DNA of 64,000 nucleotides from Octopus sinensis (Eukaryota), in the NCBI RefSeq assembly GCF_006345805.1, contig NC_042999.1, forward strand, positions 160,022,001 through 160,086,000, read 5' to 3'. This document shows positions 61,300 through 64,000 of this stretch, in pieces. The position numbers and the translations under genes were made by a program. How positions within the stretch are numbered: the stretch's first letter is position 1; every line of letters starts with the position of its first letter. The notes beneath the pieces are model-generated. The model was not told the origin of the DNA, did no database searches, and worked only from the letters and a program-made list of their open reading frames with translations.

Positions 61300-62760
61300 G
61301 ATAAATTGAATTAGTCACTATCTCAAATTTCATACAAAGGAATCACTAGCCGATGGCGTCATGGAAGCTGACATTTTCTTCTTTATGAATCATAAATAAA
61401 ATAAAGAATCGCTGAACTCGGTTTGTTTTTTTCTTTCTTTCTTTTTTTTTTTTTTTTTTTGGCGTGGAATTATCAATCACCTATAAATGTTGTCTCAGAA
61501 GTGCCAATAACTTGTACAAAAATCTGAGATACATATCGATAAAATGTAAATCTAAGGAGAGAAATTACAAAAGAAAAAAAATTAACTATATACTTTCTTA
61601 TTCTTAAGGAGATCACCAAAATCTCCTGTAATTCCCACCCTACCATATTTAAAAAGGAAGGACACGTTGAATAATGTAGTCCTAGGATATACCATAGCCG
61701 TGCGTTGGACAGAATAGTCAAGCGTGGAACGTCTATGATCATAAGTGTGCTTACCCTGAGCTAACATGGGACTAAACAAACCAACCGATGGAAATTTTTT
61801 CATTTCCTTTATTTTTTTCTTACACATAATAAAGTCTAATATTATTGTATTCCAGTAGATATGTAAAACTTACTTTAAGTTTCCAAGTAAGTTTTGGCAT
61901 ATTTTTTTAGGGTAATAAATTGTATGTGAAATCAATACAGAAGCTAGATGTTATTTAATCGATGTACAAAATGCGAGCAATTAATAGCATTTAATACAAT
62001 TCTGGAGAATTTATCACCAGAGGGGAAAAAAAAATCACCCCCTCCCCTACGAAGACGCAAAGAGTTCTTTTAAGATCGAAGTTAAATGGGGGGGGGGGAA
62101 TATGAATCATAGTCTGTCCTTAATTTTAATCATTCCATAAATAAATTTCACATCCAAAACCCCCAATCTAGGCTACAGTGTGACTCGTGCGATTAAATGT
62201 ATTAAACGTCAAATGTCAATTGCATGCATTTATAAAAATCTAAATAAACTCGTCGTGTGCTTTGTGGTTGCGTGGTATACACCACGCCGGTTTGCTTCCT
62301 CATATTTTTGTCTCCTTACTCCTAATTTATAGGATTAAAAAGAAAAAAGAAGTACATTTGTTATATAGCAGCATATAATATGACAAAAATTGTTGAAGCT
62401 GGCAGTCACTCACTCTAGTTTGCATCATTTCCAGAAGTGAGGAGAGAGAAAAGAGAGAGAAGTGAAACAGTAGTATTGGACTGATTCATTCGTCTCTGCT
62501 CCGTCAACAGCCCACGCATATATACACACACACACTCTATCTCTCTTTAGATTGTTGCCATTTAGTAGTCTGAAAGTTACTGATCACCAACCAGGAACAC
62601 AAGACATAGTAGCATCTCCTCTCCACTTGCAACCGCTCTCACATTCCGACATATTAGTCACCTTCGGTCCATTCCCGATTTCATTTCATCCTTATTTCTT
62701 TTGTCCTAAACGTCTAAAAAAAATAATATTCCAATTTCAATACATTTTTACCTGCATTGT
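61300..62760. promoter_or_regulatory. CpG-enriched candidate promoter / 5'UTR region
   Basis: Non-repeat sequence with retained CpGs (GCCGATGGCGTC, TCGTCGTG, CACGCCGG), GA and CA tracts, and an adjacent strong minus-strand donor at 61754. Confidence 0.35.
61755..61767 (-). CDS. Candidate micro first coding exon (M-L-A-Q-) possibly of the long PIX isoform
   Basis: ATG TTA GCT CAG G|GTAAGC is a strong phase-1 donor inside a CpG-rich region. Its phase matches the internal acceptor TTCTCTCAATATTTCAG|AT at 18653. Confidence 0.3.
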
Positions 62761-62799
62761 TTACTTTGCTTCAATCTCTCTCTTTGTGTGAGTGTATAT

Positions 62800-63055
62800 G
62801 TATGTATGTGTATGTATGTATATATATGTATATATGTATATATATATTATATATATATATACTATATATATACATACATATATACATATATATATATACA
62901 TATATATATACATACATATATACATATATATATATATACAACCAGATATAATATATATATATATATAACAACCAGATATATATATATAATATATATACAA
63001 CCAGATATATATATATATACAACCAGATATATATATATAATACAACCAGATATAT

Positions 63056-63087
<32 letters not shown>

Positions 63088-63262
63088 CAACCAGTATATA
63101 TATATATATATATTATACAACCAGATATATATATATATATTATACACCAGATATATATATATATATTATATATATACAACCAGATATATATATATATATT
63201 ATATATATATATATATTATATATATATATATACAATATATATATATATATATATACAACCAG
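62800..63262. repeat. (TA)n-based minisatellite with about 11 ACAACCAGA units
   Basis: ACAACCAGA separated by variable TA runs; the last unit is continuous with unique sequence. Confidence 0.9.
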
Positions 63263-63784
63263 AGATGAAAAGGGTAAATGTTTTATTTCTCTTTCAATTT
63301 CAGAATTACAACTATTTAGCGGTTTGAGTTTGGCTGCTCTTTCTAGTGAGTCGAATGGCCTATTAGGGCCATTCCTTATATTGTTGAATGTATATTATAT
63401 AGTCTTTGACTATCTTTCCCTTCTCACTAGACCGCTGGTAGCGGAGAATTTTTTTGCTACCCTTATATTTATTAATATATATATATATATATACACCAGA
63501 CACATAATGTCACGAGAAATAAAACTTTATTTAATCTAGACTCTCCTTGCATTGGCGTGAAGTATTCACACTTTTCCAACATAAATTCTTCACATTTGCA
63601 GGCTTCATCACTGATGTTCTTTTGTGTGGCTGTCGCAGTGTGTTGTTTCTTTTTTTTTTTTTTGTTAATAGGAAGGGGCACATACCATTCAAGTAAAAAT
63701 GTTGTGAGATTAAAGGATAGTGAATAGATTTTGTAAAGAAGTTGTGAAAACACCTCCGGGGTACATAAAGGTAACAAGTGCACA

Positions 63785-64000
63785 CTCTCTCTCTCTGTTC
63801 CTTGTGTGAGAGAGAGAGAGAGATAGAAAGAAAGAAAGAGAGAGAGATACAGAAAGAAAGAGATAGAAGGAAAGAAAGAAAGAGAGAGATAGAAGGAAAG
63901 AAAGAGAGAGAGAGAGAGATAGAAGGAAAGAAAGAGAGAGAGAATGAGAAAGAAAGAAAGAGAGAGAGAATGAGAAAGAAAGAAGGAAAGAAAGAGATAA
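63785..64000. repeat. (CT)/(GA)/(GAAA) simple repeats
   Basis: Direct inspection. Confidence 0.95.

Noticed and set aside
62938-63262. CRISPR-like array
   Set aside because: Eukaryotic context, 9-bp repeat, spacers are pure TA, no cas genes.
62757-63327. Long Y/I-rich ORFs
   Set aside because: Translation of TA microsatellite.

Overview
Eukaryotic, AT-rich and repeat-dense DNA. The SINE, RTE and MITE content plus abundant (TA)n look like a coleoid cephalopod (Octopus-like) genome; this is an inference from repeat style, not a database match. Only one host coding exon is well supported. It lies on the minus strand (18193-18735) and encodes a Ser/Thr-rich N-terminus running into the first residues of an SH3 domain (KRVKAMHNFKGSNNDE|gtaagt), resembling PIX/ARHGEF6-7 RhoGEFs. 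Most of the window is probably intron of this gene, with CpG-rich candidate promoters near 19-20 kb and 61-63 kb. The rest is nested mobile DNA: at least five SINE or SINE-like families, RTE, CR1/L2-like and Tx1/L1-like LINE fragments, a decayed pogo transposon, a decayed mariner, Helitrons, piggyBac-like (TTAA) and hAT-like MITEs, and Penelope-type remnants. The most notable observations are: (1) an intact-core minimal hammerhead ribozyme at ~58.3 kb and a degenerate one at ~10.15 kb; (2) a Helitron flanked by a 174-bp direct duplication bounded by A|T target sites; (3) a composite retroposed insertion with a 17-bp TSD; (4) local templated duplications; (5) several long foldback structures that could form dsRNA. 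I found no prokaryote-type system or CRISPR array. Most short ORFs in the supplied track are shadows of repeats.
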